From: Guillardia theta CCMP2712
Lineage: Eukaryota > Protista > Cryptophyta
Reading direction: 5' to 3'
NCBI RefSeq assembly: GCF_000315625.1
Contig: NW_005434653.1
Coordinates: 784,045 to 848,044 of the forward strand
DNA: 64,000 nucleotides
The position numbers were made by a program, and so were the translations under genes. Below, piece by piece: positions 11,161-25,200 of this stretch (position 1 is its first letter; the number at the start of each line of letters is the position of its first letter). The notes under the pieces are model-generated. The model ran no database searches and was not told where the DNA came from. It saw only the letters and a list, made by a program, of their open reading frames with translations.

Positions 11161-13189
11161 TTATGCGGTAGTCAAAGAACTTCCAGTGAACGCGAGTTCG
11201 CCCGGGCCTCAGCAGTAGTTGATGCCGGAGGGAGGAGGCATGAGCGACTCCACCTTGTTCCAGCTGCACTTGTTCATCAGCACTGCCACCTGAAGCGATC
11301 GAGCTCACCTCTCCCCTTGTATGGTCTTGTTGAAAACGTTGTCCTCGGGAGCGGTCGGAGGGAGATTCGCTACAAAGGAAGAAGAGACCGAGCTCCACTG
11401 GTGAACGGGAGCAGGTCAGAATGAACTTGAAGGGCCTTAGAGGGATGCTCTCACGTCAGGATACGCCCAGTACGGTCTTTTCGCGTAAGTCCACCTGCAG
11501 CAAGTCAGGTGAGGAACAGCAGGCGAGACGAAACGATCACTTGTAGACAGAAGGAGCGATCTCAGTGCGAGCCTGCAGGTGCTTGTCAGGAAGCCGCACA
11601 CCAACAAAGGGACGATGGGGAAAGACCAGGGCGCCCTCGTGGTAAGCCTCCGGGATTTCTTCCGGGGAGGAGGCAGCGATCTGGACCAAAGACGGGTGAG
11701 GGAGAGCGGGAGAGCCAAGAGATTTCACCAGGAGCAGATGGGCCTTGAGAGAGTGAGGGATCCAATGCGTCTTGCCTTGCAGGTCGAGAAAGACGATGCT
11801 GGTGGAAGGGACAGTAAGCCTTGTCAGCCATCCCGATGACGTTGGAGGGCAAACTTCACCTGGAGTTTGCATCCTGCGTGTACCACTCCTTGTCCCTGTT
11901 CTTCTGTAACATCTTTCAGCTACATGACTTGCAGCGGGACAGTCTTACTTTCATCTCAGTCTCTTGCTTCAGAGCCTCGCTCCTCAGCTGGATGCTGCTC
12001 TTTGACTGCTCCATCCTGCTTGCCGGGGTCAGGTTGACCTCCCGTGCCAGATCAGGAGTGAATAGAGCACCTCTGACATTCTGCAGCGAGACGATAATTC
12101 TCTGATTCAATCTGCCAAGGAACGCTCATTCGATCAGACAAACCTCGCCAGGCATTACGTCACTGAGCTTCTTGTGCAGATCTTGGCTGTACTCGGCCGT
12201 CAATGGCTCTCGCTGGGATCGATCGATCTTCTCGTCCGGGTGAGGCCCTGACGGAAAGATCCAGTCCGTCACTGAGTGCTGCTTGTTCACTTCGCTCGGC
12301 AAGATGGGAAGGGGCCGGAGTTCGCCATGCTCACTGACGATGTTGCTCTGAGCCAGATTGGCCGATTTGAAACGGCCGAACGCGTCTGAACTCTCCCTGC
12401 CTGCTATGGACAAGAACGCTGCTGATGTTGTGTGCCTGTTTGCTATCTCGCCGTTGGACATGGCCCCGTTGTACTGCGTCCTGCTCACTCCCGCGCTCTC
12501 CCCTTCTCTCGTCGTATCAGTCATTGTCAACAAGTTCCGCACGCGCAAGGCTGACCAGGTCGAGCGATCAAGAGTTGGACTTGATCTCCTGGTGCACTTC
12601 TGATGAGCTGTGCGACCTGCGTTAAGAGAGAAGACTCAGCGAGAGGGAGGTAGGAAGATGGAGTTGTTTAACGCACCTGCTCTACACTGAGGTGTGTGGT
12701 CGGTGCTCCGTTCACTTCATAGATATCGTCCCCTTGACTCACAGTCAGGGAGGAAGGAGGGTAATTGTGGGAAGACAAGAGGAAGACAGGAGGGTGACTG
12801 TACTAGCGAGAAGTCGCCAGGGTGTGAGAGAAATACTGACCGATCTGTAGGTAGTTGAATGCTGGGCCGTCTCTGTCGATGCCAATGATCCTGTGAGGAA
12901 CTCCAGGCATGCGCTGCTCGATCTTGACGCCGATGCCCGACTGCGGTGAGTTTAGAAGCGACGGAAAAGGCGACATAGAAGATATTAATGAACATGTGAG
13001 CAAGATAGAAGATCGCAAAGAAATGAGAAAAGATGGGAAAATGGGAGAGACAGAAGACCAAGTGCAAGATTCGGTGGACAAGGGCGGGAGATGGCGAGGA
13101 TTGAGAGAAGACGGGAGTGGGAGCGAGGAGCGATCGTCACTGCATGCCTGCGGCGCTCGGGGGATCCTTAGCATGACGTTGGTCGCCAT
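11161..13189 (-). CDS. PDZ-domain and coiled-coil protein, multi-exon
   Basis: Spliced exons read SGIGVKIEQ..IIGIDRDGPA..LQIG/DDIYEVNGAPTTHLSVEQ/VAQLIRSAPGDQVQLLIAR (PDZ); 3' end uncertain. Confidence 0.65.
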
Positions 13190-13664
13190 TGGACCGCTGC
13201 GGCAGAGGGAACAAAATATGACCTGAAGAGACAGAGAGGTGAGGGCAAAGAGGGGAAATGAGGTAGATAAATATTTCTGTCTCTGTGTTTTACATAGTAC
13301 ATATCCTGAGGCGAGTCTGATATTCAATTCTATTTGGTGGGGTAAAAAACTTATAGAAAGAGGGGGTAGGGGTGGTTGGTGTAGTAGACACAATTGAGTG
13401 AAAATCCGACATCATGCTGGCTGGATGCGACCGCCGACGGGGGTGTAGTCGACCAGGTGGGAGGAGGCGGAACGGTGGAGGAGGATTGAGATGGTAGTAA
13501 GAGAGGGGGGAAAGGAGACTGGAGATGGTAGGACGAGGGAGTATGGGGTGTGTGGCTACGAGGTCTGCATACGTCCTCCTTGTCGCCTTCTAAAGGCCCT
13601 GTCACTAAGTTCCTCTCCAGTCCTCTCGATTCTCCTCCTAGGAAGTGCATACCTGTTCTTGATT

Positions 13665-14445
13665 CATGGGGCGTTGGCGCTTGAAGAGCATGGAGAGCGT
13701 GGTAAGGCAGTTCTCCTTGCATGCCATACAATGATTCATAATCTACAGGACAACCATCATCGTACGAACCTGCCGCTCGCAAGGGAGAAGAGCAGCCGAA
13801 AGGGGAGGGTGAGTCGATGATGAGTTTGCATTCTGCTGTTTGATGGAGCGTGAAGTTCAAAGAGCAAGCAAGTGGAAGATCCGGAAGTATCTGGAAGACA
13901 GAGGGATCAAGATGAAGGACCTGCCTTTGGCGTTCGTTGTCTACGAGTCGCTCTCCCTTCTCTCTTTGTAGGACGCTGTGCTGCATGAGGAGACATTGAG
14001 AGCTGGTGTAGGGTAGCCATGCTGTCATCGACATACCTGTTGCAACCTCTCAAACGGAGTGTGAACTGGCAAGTTCCGAGCTCCTGCTTTACTCTGCCAA
14101 GCTGATTCTATTCTACCAGGGGAGATTCATCTATGGGGATGTTTAAGAGCAGGCAAGTTGTTCTCCTCCTCGTCCCTTCATCCTTTAAGATTGGGATACT
14201 GGCAGGTTTGAGGACGCCTTGAACGCTGCGGAGAGGAGGCTGGGATGGATGTCCCGCATCCTGCGCCTGGTGAATGTTTCCTCTCCCTCGTAGCGACTTA
14301 GAAACTTCATCAGGACGCTGTGAGGCTCGCAACAGCTTACGCGGAGTGCACCGTCTTGCGGCTGATCTTGAAACCTGTCCTAGTGCCGGCAAAGTTGTAT
14401 CTTACCTTCACAATCTTGCGCAGAAGGGTGAATCGTGAAAGATAG
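13665..14445 (+). CDS. Hypothetical membrane protein, DUF1279/FAM210-like
   Basis: Exons read KIRKYLEDRGIKMKDLPLAFVVYE and LATAYAECTVLRLILKPVLVPAKLYLT; start uncertain. Confidence 0.4.
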
Positions 14446-14514
14446 CGTGATACAATGAATTAGATACAAGAATGTTTGAGCGATAGGCAATGCAATAACA
14501 GAGGCATGATGATG

Positions 14515-15553
14515 TTATTCAAGCTGAAATGCGCTGATGCTCCTTATCGCCAAAGCAAATTCTCCCGGCTGAAACTGTGAGTTGTATCCTCCATCGCTGG
14601 TAACCTTGCTTGTTAGGATCCCGAAGGAACTGATCTCTCCTCTGCTCACTTCCTGCGTTCTATGAGTCAGCCAGCCACCTCAACCAGCACACAATCGATC
14701 TTACTGGAGCTCCTTCAAGCAGGACACCTCTCATGCTCGGTTTCAGGTCTGACCACAGCACCGCATGCTCATTCCACTCCGACGAAGGCGCGAACTCAGC
14801 CTGATACTTCACGCCAGGGGAGCGAGCATCAGCGCAGACCTAACACACCCTTACACACAGGGAACAGCAACATGAGAGCATGTTACCTGCAGCTTGTACA
14901 GTCTGCCGTCTCCTTTGCAGTTGATCAGGATCCCATCTGAGTCCGACAGGTCCATGTCTGTCTGAGGGCTCCTAATGGACGAGAAGCCTCCGTTGTTACG
15001 TGTGCTCAGAACTCCTTTGAAGATGGCACAATCCTCGCCCGGCATTAGACCTCCGGTAGAGCATCCTTGAAGAGATATCAACGAGAAGATGGCAACACAA
15101 CACTTCGCTATCGCAATGACTGCGTCCTCTTTGATCATCAGCATCATCAAAGATACTTGGGATACGTAGATTTGTCCTCCTCGTCATGGTAGCATTCTTC
15201 TTCCGCCACTTGCTCTTACACAAGCTCCTCCTCCTCCTCCTCCTCCTCCTCCTCCTCCTCCTCCTCCTCCTCATCATCATCATCATCATCATCTATTCAT
15301 ACTTGTTGATATGCTTCAACAAAAGGAACTCACCGCCCATGACGACGTCGTTGATCGATCGCCAAGAGCCGACGACCACAGGGTCCCGCATGTCGTACAA
15401 AGTGCGCACTGCTCGAGCTCGGAGAGTCTCGTTCTCTGCTCCCATCTTGAGAGTACGATGAGTCACCAGGAACCCTTCAGCTCCTCCCAGCGCCGCCGCC
15501 GCCGTCGCCACCCCAGTCGCCATCCACCGCCGAACCCATGGCCCTCCCACCAT
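14515..15553 (-). CDS. CIA30/NDUFAF1-domain protein with probable bipartite plastid leader
   Basis: WRSINDVVMG/GCS..FKGVLSTRNNGGFSSIRS..DLS..GDGRLYKL..PGEFALAIRSI; leader AAAALGGAEG-FLV. Confidence 0.85.
15225..15292 (+). repeat. (CCT)n(CAT)n microsatellite inside a CIA30 intron
   Basis: Direct. Confidence 0.9.
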
Positions 15554-16074
15554 CGCCTTGTATGTCCTCTGGTCACCCGGCATTCGCGGTTTCAATCCTA
15601 AGCGCGCGAAATGCCAGGAGAGCGCACGTGCGATCCTGGATGTCGGGGGAAGGGACAGGAGGAAGAGAGGGAGAGAGGGAGAGAGAGGGGGAGAGGGAGA
15701 GGAGAGAGGTAGACAAGGGGAGAAGGAAAGGGTGGGGGATGGTTTTGAGAGAAAGAAGTGAAGAACGAAGAACGAGCAAGGAGTCAAAGAGGAGCAGAAA
15801 GAGGGCGAGGAGGGGAGGAGAGAGACGAGGAGGATAGAAAGAAGGAGAAGAGAGAAGAGAAGAGAGCGACCTACATTAGGCAACCATGTGCGGGGTGGAA
15901 GCTCAAGAGACCAATCAAGCCTTTCTTGAAAGTTTCCTTTTCCGACATTGCGCCTGAGCATTTGAGAAGAGGATAATTGCACTCTCCCTCCTTTCAAAGA
16001 TATGAGAGCTTGAAAGAAGTGCAATCCTCTCTCTTTCATTGATGATTGAACATATTTTTGCAAGGAACAACATC

Positions 16075-16890
16075 ATGGACATTAAACGAGCCTCGAAATC
16101 AGGAAGGGAGCTCTGGCTGATCAGAATTCCCGTCGACCTGCCAACAGAAACTCTCAGGTTGTGGTTTCTCTTGCAGGCAGGAGGTGTCTGACCCTACTTG
16201 GAAGTGACCTCAAGATCGAGCTGAGGGAAGCAGGAGGGGATGGGCAGGTGGAGTGCGATGGTAGGAAGTTCTTGGCAAGCGTCTCTCCGGCACAAGAGAC
16301 GGAGGCCGCGCAGGTGCTTGTGCTCGTTTCCCCTCATCAACTCACCTGTGATTCTGGTCAACCAGATCCTGGCGCTCCTCCCCGACCCCAAGGAGAGTCA
16401 ACTGGTTGCAGCAAAACCCTTCCGGCGACAGGTGAACCGTCCGGGCTGCCAGCCCTTGTTCCTGGTGCTCTCATCTGAATCACGTCGCCCTCCCTCAGCT
16501 CAACCTCGTTGAACACATCCCCGGCGCAGACGCCCCGTCTGAATGCCCTCCTCTTCCTCCTCCTATCGCACAGCGCGCGAGCCTACCGGGTAAGGTGACG
16601 CCTTCAGGACATGGATTCAAAGGGCTACCAGACTCGTACGCCTCCGGTGAGCTCTGCTCGGGTACAAGGGGGGACTGAGGAAAAGGCTTCCAGGAGGACG
16701 TGTCTCTGCCAAGAAGGTGAAGAAAGAGGTCAAATCACCGGAATCCAAGAGGAAGGTTAAGGAGGAGAAAGACGACAAGGTGAGAGAGATCGATCTGGTT
16801 GCTCCCACGTGTCTGAATCTCTTCGCTCGGCAGGATGAACTGCAGAAGAGCCCGGGCAAGAAGAGCAAGAAGAGCAAGAAGAGCGAGTAG
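16075..16890 (+). CDS. RNA polymerase I subunit RPA34-like protein
   Basis: N-terminal ELWLIRIP motif and Lys-rich tail (KKSKKSKKSE-stop); multi-exon. Confidence 0.55.
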
Positions 16891-18991
16891 AAGCCTTGAA
16901 GTTCTGACAGTGCCGGAAGACACTCGATATACCGTCTCGTCACTGTACTTGTAAAGCTGGAGGACTGAGTTGGTTACTGTCTATTGTCTATTGGCACCGT
17001 GACGTTCACTCCGATGCTCGGATCCCATTGAAAGGCCCGGGCCCGGGCCTTACTACTTTACTTTGAGTGAAGTTTGGACTCATCCGAGGTTGAGTCCGAT
17101 GTCCGATTGACTATAAACCAGGCAACTTGACTATAGAAATACGGTGAAGTTGAAACATGGGAGCGTGCTGATGGACGGATGGGGAACGGCAGTAGGAGGG
17201 AGAGGAGGATGGAAAGAGACATTGCAGCAGTCACAGTGTGTGTAGAGAGGAAGGGGAGGGAGGAGGGGGGAGGGGGAACTGGAAAGAAGGGAGAGGGGAG
17301 GTAGGTTCGTGTGAGGCAAGCGAGAGATTTAATGAAGGTTTAGAACAAGGAAGGAGGAAACAGGAGAACAAAGTTGGTGAGGAAGAAGAAAAAGGGTCAA
17401 GTAAAGGAGAGATACAATACAGAGAAAATAGTGGACGATGAAAGGCAAGGAAATGTACTACAAAAAGGAAAGGGGAATACATCAACGAGATGGCGCGGGA
17501 GATTTAAAGAGGAGCTTGCAGTTTTACCTCATCGTGTGAGGGCAGGCTAGTCTATTGGATTTCTCTGAAGCATTTCTCCAGGTCGGGATGTGTCAAGAGT
17601 TGCATAGCACCGACCTGCCATGGTGAGCACGGAGACATACGACCATGTCATGGAGGTGATTCGACCGTGTCAAATGATGATTGGTTGTGATTTGTTCAGC
17701 AGGTCATGATCCGATGGATCTTGGCTCTCCTGCTCATAGCTGTGACTGTCTCTTGCGGGTGGTGGTTGCTGTGGAAATCTGTTCTGCAGAAGATCCCCTT
17801 CTTCAGGCAGGCTTTGTTCCTGTGGTTTGTGATGCGTGAATGACCTTGACGACAGGGACATGGTCGAGGGTCAACGACCGAAACAGAAAGAATCGTGACC
17901 GTCGCTCTTCACAGTGTTGCTTGCAGTCTTGATTAGAAACCCTTGTGTAAGCCATAGCGATGTCATGAGTACTCTACTGGCTTGGACCTCGCACATTGAA
18001 AGAAGAGAACAGAAATGGAGGTTCACCTCAAATCTTTGTGTAGCTATCTCCTATAAGTTTCACTGGGTTAAATATTTCTACTTCACATTGTGTATCATTT
18101 GGATGGCGTGTTCTTACGATTGCTGATGTCCAGCATGCTTCTTCATCAACATACGTCTCAAGTTTTGAGATACGTGGAAGGGAGCGCAAGTCGATACAAA
18201 TAAGGATAAGAAAATCAATCTACGGATAACCTTTAATATCCTAGTGAGATACGGATATCAAGAGTCTACCGCCTAACTTAGTTCACGTTGAGTCCTCTGG
18301 CGGAGAAGTCAGCAGCCCTGTATAAGAAAGCTCAGCAACGCCAAGAGTTGAGCAGTATGAAGAAAACCTCTCGATGCTGTTGTCGTAGCGAGGGAAGATC
18401 GCAGCGTGGGACTTGGAATGATCGTGATTGTCATGCTTCTGCAGTCCAGAGTGTAAGTACGCAAACAAGCTCATGACCTGAACAAACTTACGGCAGCGGG
18501 AAGCGAGGGGGCAGGAGCATCCATGGATCCAAAAGCGTGAGAGAGAACTTGAAACATCTGGTTTACGACGAGCATTAGCGGAGCAGAACCATTAACACAT
18601 GATGGTTATGATACAATGAATATCTGGCAGTGACTTCTCAACTGCTACAGCGTCCTTTGTACTGTCTACGAAGCGTGGTCGGATTGATGAGACTACAAGA
18701 GGACAATGTCACACACATCCAGCCCTGGCATGCTATTCGACTCTCTCCTAGATCTCCTCCCTAGTCTCCTCCCTAGTTCTCCCTGTTCCAACATTATTCT
18801 TTCCTGCCCGCACCGCCTAGCCGGCCGGCGGTACAGTGATGTCTGCTGCAGAAAAACTCAAGGATGAAGGACGGGGTGGTGGTCTGGGGGTATAATTTCA
18901 AGGGGTAGGGAGTGGATATGAAACGACAGGAGTTGTACTCTAGTACCATATGATTTACTCAATTCGTTCCCGATTTAGCCCAATCTGAAAG

Positions 18992-19046
18992 CGGATGTGC
19001 GCGATGTGCAGCGCGATGTCTGGCGCGATGTGCTGCGCGATGTGCG
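18992..19046 (+). repeat. ~12-bp repeat (gcgcgatgtgc) x4-5
   Basis: Direct; intergenic. Confidence 0.8.
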
Positions 19047-19322
19047 TCTTTTGAGCGTTGCGCGGGGATGAGGGCTGAGCAGCCTGGCAGGGAGTGGGCC
19101 GCCCGGCCCGGCCCCGGGCCCGGCAGCGGCGCCTGTCACCGAGTCCGATCACTGAGGCTGGTGACTCGCCGACTCGGAGTCGGGCCAGTCGCCAGCTGTG
19201 ACCTAAATTGAATACGGTTTTATGAAAAGATCCAAGTGGACAGAGTCGGTCAGGGTGCCAGATCGGATCAGATTCCGAAGTTCAACGGCCGGAGTTCCGA
19301 CTTGAGGCTTCAACTTGCCAAG

Positions 19323-21500
19323 TCAAATTGAGATAGTATGTAACACAAACCGAAGCAGGTCACTCTCTAAGAGTCGGAGAAGGCTGTTCTCTCCCAGGCG
19401 CGGATGCATACTCATCAGCACTGCAACCTCTGACTCCTGCAACGATGACTCCATCACCACATCACATCTTTCTAGGTCTCATCGCTCACCGCTGACAATC
19501 TCCTCGAAAAGTGCACGAAGGTGTGTCTTGCGTCAGGCCCGCATGAAATCTCATGAAGCCTGTAAATCTGCTCGGGCAGCTCCAACCTGGTACGACAAAC
19601 AAGAAGAGGCATCAGAAAGCCTCGGCAACGTGAACAGGACGAGACCATGTCGGTGTTGCCCAGACCGCGGCAACAGTCCCAGTACTCGGACAAATCCTGG
19701 CTTGCTTCTCGTTGCTGACTGGAGCCCTCGATTCCGACCGGCTTACTGACGAGTCGAGGGTCTTACACACAATGCAGAATGAGATGTTTGAGGATACCTC
19801 CGCTCGTGTACACCAAGCCCAACTGACCACTGCTGTTCCCCCCGAAGGCATTCACTTTTTCCCAGCCAGTGTGCCTGTCATTGATGTAAGTTCCTGCAAC
19901 CCCCCGAAGTTGATTACAATTGTCTTGCAATAACAAAGGTGTAATCGAACCCGCACGCCACAGACAGGCACTTGTAGGAAAGGAAAAATTCAACTTTTGT
20001 TGGAACCTGATATAAGTCAGAGGAACACCACTTGGGATCTTCCTTCAGAACCTTGCAGTCTACTCGTGAGGAGCGTCCAAGTTGTCCTATTCCACCCTGA
20101 CCCCAACTATACAGACTTCCGTCATGCGTAACGGCGCAAGCATGCTGAAAGCCACAAGAAATCCGTATTGCTGGGTTGGTATCTGATCAGAGATACCATC
20201 AAAAATGGCTGCATAGAAGGCAGAATCTTGCACCATTCAGATGGACTTGAATGGGATAACAGTGCGGACTGAAATCAGAGTTCAGCACGAGTACTTTCAC
20301 ACACAATCATGTATGACATGTTAGTCCCATTCCCGAGCTGCCCATGGTCATTGAAGCCCTGCGCCGAAGGAGTGAGGGAGACAGATTTGGATGAATGCAT
20401 GGACATCACCCACGAGTAAACCTTCCCTCCTAATGTTATGCAGCTCGTGAATCCAAATCCACCTTTCATTTCATCAGTCAACTCTGACGGGAGGCAAACA
20501 TCATCTGGAACCAGAAACGTCGACAACAACTGCCTCACATTCACCTGTCATCCTGTTGTTAGCAACATCCACCTCGGATTCAGGAAGATCAATTTGGAAC
20601 GGAGCGAATACCACTTTTGATGAACACCTCAGTTGGATCCGATAGCGTTCTTTGAGTTTGAGCAGGCAACCCAGCAAAGATTGTTATCACGTCTTCTGTC
20701 AATCGTGGGCTCTCTGCATGGATGTTGACGTCTTGATTTTGAATGATTTTGCCATAGTTGTCCCAACCCCAAGAAAACAACCTCCCGTGTTCTGTGATTG
20801 CTAGACTATGGCAACATCCACATGCGACCTGCAAACTCCCCTTCAGCCTCAGGAATGCTTCATGCCTCCCAACCTTTGTAACAACCGTCCATCGCAGAAT
20901 CATCACTTCCGTGGGTACATAGCAGATTCTGAACAAGGGTGGTGTCAAGACAACTAGTCACAGACTTTAGTATCACTGTACGGTTGTTCGCTCGGCAATA
21001 CACCGCACTGCCCGTCGTTGTTTCGACCCCATGCGAAGACGCTACCCCCCTCAATCAAACAAACAGTGTGATACATCCCACTCGCAATCTCCTTGACCTT
21101 GAGGCCCTGATCTCGCAAGGAGGCAGCGAGACGAGTCAGACATCTCAAACCGAACAAGCCATGATGGAGACCTGAAGTCGAGGTATCGGGACGAACTCTT
21201 TGATGGGAAAGCACTGCCCGCACCCAACTCCTAGGTGTCCCCCGAGCGCCTCCCCACAACTGAATGTTTGCATGGTGGACGAATCATGAATGACGCTGAA
21301 TCCGTTTCCACAGGAAGAGGCCGTTATGTTCGAATCCGTGTCCTCTGCATGATTTCGAAGTGTTAACCGGGTAAGCCTACCGACAATTGGCTACGTGGAA
21401 CAATTTAGACGAAACAGAAATTTCAAGAAACAAACTGCACCTGGCAGTGCCCCAACCCCAACTCCCCTGAGCTATTATCACCACATCCAAACAGAGACAT
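19323..21500 (-). CDS. RCC1-repeat (beta-propeller) protein
   Basis: MSLFGCGDNSSGELGLG, IASGMYHT..VFAWGRNNDGQCG, VACGCCHS..FSWG, CGFQHA..YSWGQG..GQLG; tail HPRLGENSLLRLLESDLLRFV. Confidence 0.9.
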
Positions 21501-22255
21501 CCTCTGTGGCGGATTTGACGAATTCTGCTCTTCCTGTAGATTTGCAGTGCCAGATTTTCTGAGGTACAAAGTTTACCCTCAGCCCTGCAACGTCCTTCTA
21601 TCCCCCACAGCCAGGATTCGGCTTCTTCACATGCTCTTCCAGTCAATCTTTGATGGTGTCGCTTCTTGTCAGCCCTCCAGCTCCCCTTCCCTGTCTCATT
21701 CTCCTCTGCCTCCTCCTCTTGCTTGCACTTGGTTCGCAACCTGCATACCTTTTGCACCCCTTTGCTGACTACCCCTACCAATATCTGACACCCACCCACC
21801 ATATAATACCTACCCCTCCAATTATTACAACTGTTGCTCAAAAGATAGTTGCATTTACCACCCCCCACCCCTTATGAGTATTTCACACCCCAGGTTGTTG
21901 AACCCCCACCCATCGGATTCATAATGCGACCCAAGACGACTTTCAGCCTGGACCTCTATTTGTAACGGTCTGTAACCGAACATTTCAGTGACAAGGGCTG
22001 TCAAAGAACAGTTACGACTGCTTCTGTACCCCCACCCCTACTTCAAGACCCCTACCCCACTTTCCAGGCTTACTCTCAATCATCAAAGGGGGTAACTAAA
22101 TACCCCACAAAGACCCCCACCCTGAGCTTGACCGGAATTGGCGTCAACCATGCACTTGGCCGCACTGTGCGGCAAGGAGGGAGAGCGAGAAGAGGGCGCG
22201 AGGAGGATGAACGACAAGGAGGAGGGAAGTGAGATATACGTTTTTACTTGAGAAG

Positions 22256-25200
22256 ATGTCACGAGTTGAAATGCCTCGAATCAACAGCCTCGGCGGAGAG
22301 CTCCGAGGTACTGAGCTGTTTCCATGCAGCAACGACGACCAGAGGGCGCAGTACTTACATCATCATGAGGAATATCTCTCTGCTCATCGTGAGGTCCGAG
22401 AGAAGTTGAATGAAACCCTGTGCCACATCTCAAAACTGTGCCGCGCTGTTGCAAGAGAATGCGAGATTGACCTTGCTATGGACATGCACTTGCAGAATGT
22501 GCGGGACATGTTTGAGCTCACCTCGCACGAGATACAGTCACTCCATGGCATGCTCCAGGGTGAAAAGAGGAGGACTGCCATCCTTTTCGATGAATATCAG
22601 AAGATGCTGGATACAAACTCCTTCAGTCACGAGGCGAATGAACGATTCACGCGCATGGCACAGGACCGAAGGTCGAATCACATCAAAGTTCGCGAAGAGC
22701 AAGTCAACCCACCTGAGTGTGTTGATGATGAAGGAACCCTCGAGTGTGTTCTCGGTTCTCAGCCCTGGTACACCAACACGAGGGCAGATCAAATATGCCA
22801 GTGCTTGCGGCATATAAAGAGCGAGATCTCGCTGTCGATACATACAGGCAGGTTTTTTCTAGTGCCTCCATGGACTTTGATGGCTGTAAGATGAATGCTA
22901 ATGTTGACGAGATCCGTCACGAGCTACTCGAACTTCAGAAAGCCTGCGACGAGTTCTCACAAACGACTTCGGGAAAGAAAACAAACACGTTCGATCTTGA
23001 GCTCCAGTCACTGAAAGCCGAGCTGCTTGCCAAGTCATCTGAATTGGAATGTTGTGCAGGATTGCTGCAAAGTTTGAACTCAACAATTCTGGATTTCTCT
23101 CTCATATTCGATCAGACTTCACAATCGATCAGCGCCTTAGAGAAACATCTCTCTTCTGCAGAAGGAACTTTAAACAGATTTGTCTTGTCGTCCAACGCCG
23201 CCTCTCTAAGGAGTTCATCGGAAATTCATTCTCACAATTCAAGACAACAGTTGGTGTGTTCGAATGTAACGCTGTCTGCCAAGAATCAATCATGCTGCGA
23301 ATTGACAGGACACTCGTCATTACCGCAAGAATCAGTTGAGGCTGGTTATGTTTGCAAAGAACTTCAAATTTTGTTTCACGAGATATCATGTTGCCAGTCT
23401 GACTTGGCCTGGTGGAGATCCGATCTGCTCAGCCAAGTTGATCACAGCCAAGTTTCACTCTCCAGCCTTGGCCTCGAGGAAACCCAACAGCTTCAAGGTG
23501 GCGCCGAGCCTTCAAGCTTCCTTCCATCAATGGATGCCCAAGTCAAACAGACTGCAGATGAGGTTGATCGGGATGAAGAGCATGTTGTGAGATCAGGTCG
23601 CTTCTTCGCTCATGATGGGAAGGATTACGTGTCTTGCATCGAGTCTGAGAATCTAGAGCTGAAGGGGTTGATAACATCATTGGTCCAAGTGTCTGAGAGC
23701 AAGATCTTGACATTGACGCGAGAGCTGGAGTCGATCACTGACGAGATTGTGAGGACAGAAGACAAGGTCTCTTGGGTGACTGGACTTGCTGTAGATTCCA
23801 TGAGGATGGGAAAAGAGAAGCTGCAGCAAGAAACAGTTCGGAGATTGCTAGAAACAAGTTTGCAAGTAGATGTTCAACACATGCTCATAAGCTCGGAGTT
23901 ACATGTTGCAGCTATAGCAGACCACATACCTGTTCTGTTCCATTTGGCATGTGATTCAAGAAAAACATCTGAACAAGCGACATTGTTGTGCTTTGTCAGA
24001 GTTTGGAGGGCGACTCTCTACCAACGACATTCTCAGCGACAAACATCATTGTCGTGGAAGGAAAAGATGACACACTTGAAACAACTTTGCCAGTCGTTTA
24101 GGATACTGAACCGCTACAAAGATAGGAGAACAACTCTCTTGAACAAGATGACATGGCTGCAAAATGCAAAGCACTCAAGAGAGTCAAAGATTCTGTCTTG
24201 GTTTATCTTTGAATTCCTGAAAAAGAATATCAGATTGCACCGACGCAAAAGAATTTTGAAATCCAAGCGACAAAAACTTCAACTCAATGCCACATTGCAA
24301 CACTGGATCTTGCAAACACAGAAAACGAAATCAATGAGAAGTCGACATCAGTTAGTGAAAATCCAGCGAACGATTCTCCTGAAGCAAAGAGAATTCAGAC
24401 ACTGGTTATCCAACATCCTGATGCGAAGAAAAAAACAACGACAGATCAGTCATATGAAAAAGCGCAAGACGAGCCGCAGATACAGGGAGGCGCTGTGGGG
24501 CTGGCGGGAGGGGCTGGCAGAGAGGCGGCAAGCAGCCGGGGCAGAGGGGAAAGCGACGAGGCGGGGGAGAAGGCGGGCGGTAGAGAGGGCGTGGGGACAG
24601 TGGAAGGAGGGACGGGAGTGGCGGCAGAGGACGGCGCGAGTGTGCCAGGAGAGGGCAGAGGCAAGGAGGCGGCGAGAGGGGAGGAGGTACCTGCGGGAGT
24701 GGGAGGAGGGAGCACGGGGGCTACGGGAAGGGAGGCGGGCGTGGGCGAGGGCGGCAGAGCAGGCTAGGCGGCGGGCGTGGGCGAGGGCCTTGAGGGGCTG
24801 GCGGGAGGAGGGAGCGGAGCGGCGGCGGAGGGCTCGGGTGACGGGGGCGCGGGCGGAGGGGCAGGCGAGAGCGCTGGTGAGGGAGGCAGTATGGCGGTGG
24901 CAGGAGGCACGGGCGGAGGGGAAGGCGGGTCAGCGGGCAATGGAGGCAGAGCGGCAGGAGGAGCAGGCGCTGACGGGGAAGGCGGTAGCAGGGTGGAGGA
25001 GGGCGGCAGCGACGGGGAGGAGGAGAGCGCGACGGGCGGAGGAGACGACGAGGAGGCGGGGAGAGAGGAGGCGAGCACGGGAGGCGATGGAAGCGTGGGC
25101 AAGCTACCAGGCAGGGGTACGGAGGAGGCGGAGGGCGTCAGAGAAGCTGGAGAAGGCGAGGAGGGAGCGACAAGGGAGGGAGGCGGCAAGGGCTTGGCGA

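Noticed and set aside
17488-18800. Possible small spliced gene(s)
   Set aside because: Could not build a supported model or recognise a domain
21320-21350. tRNA T-loop-like gttcgaatcc
   Set aside because: No cloverleaf; lies within the RCC1 gene
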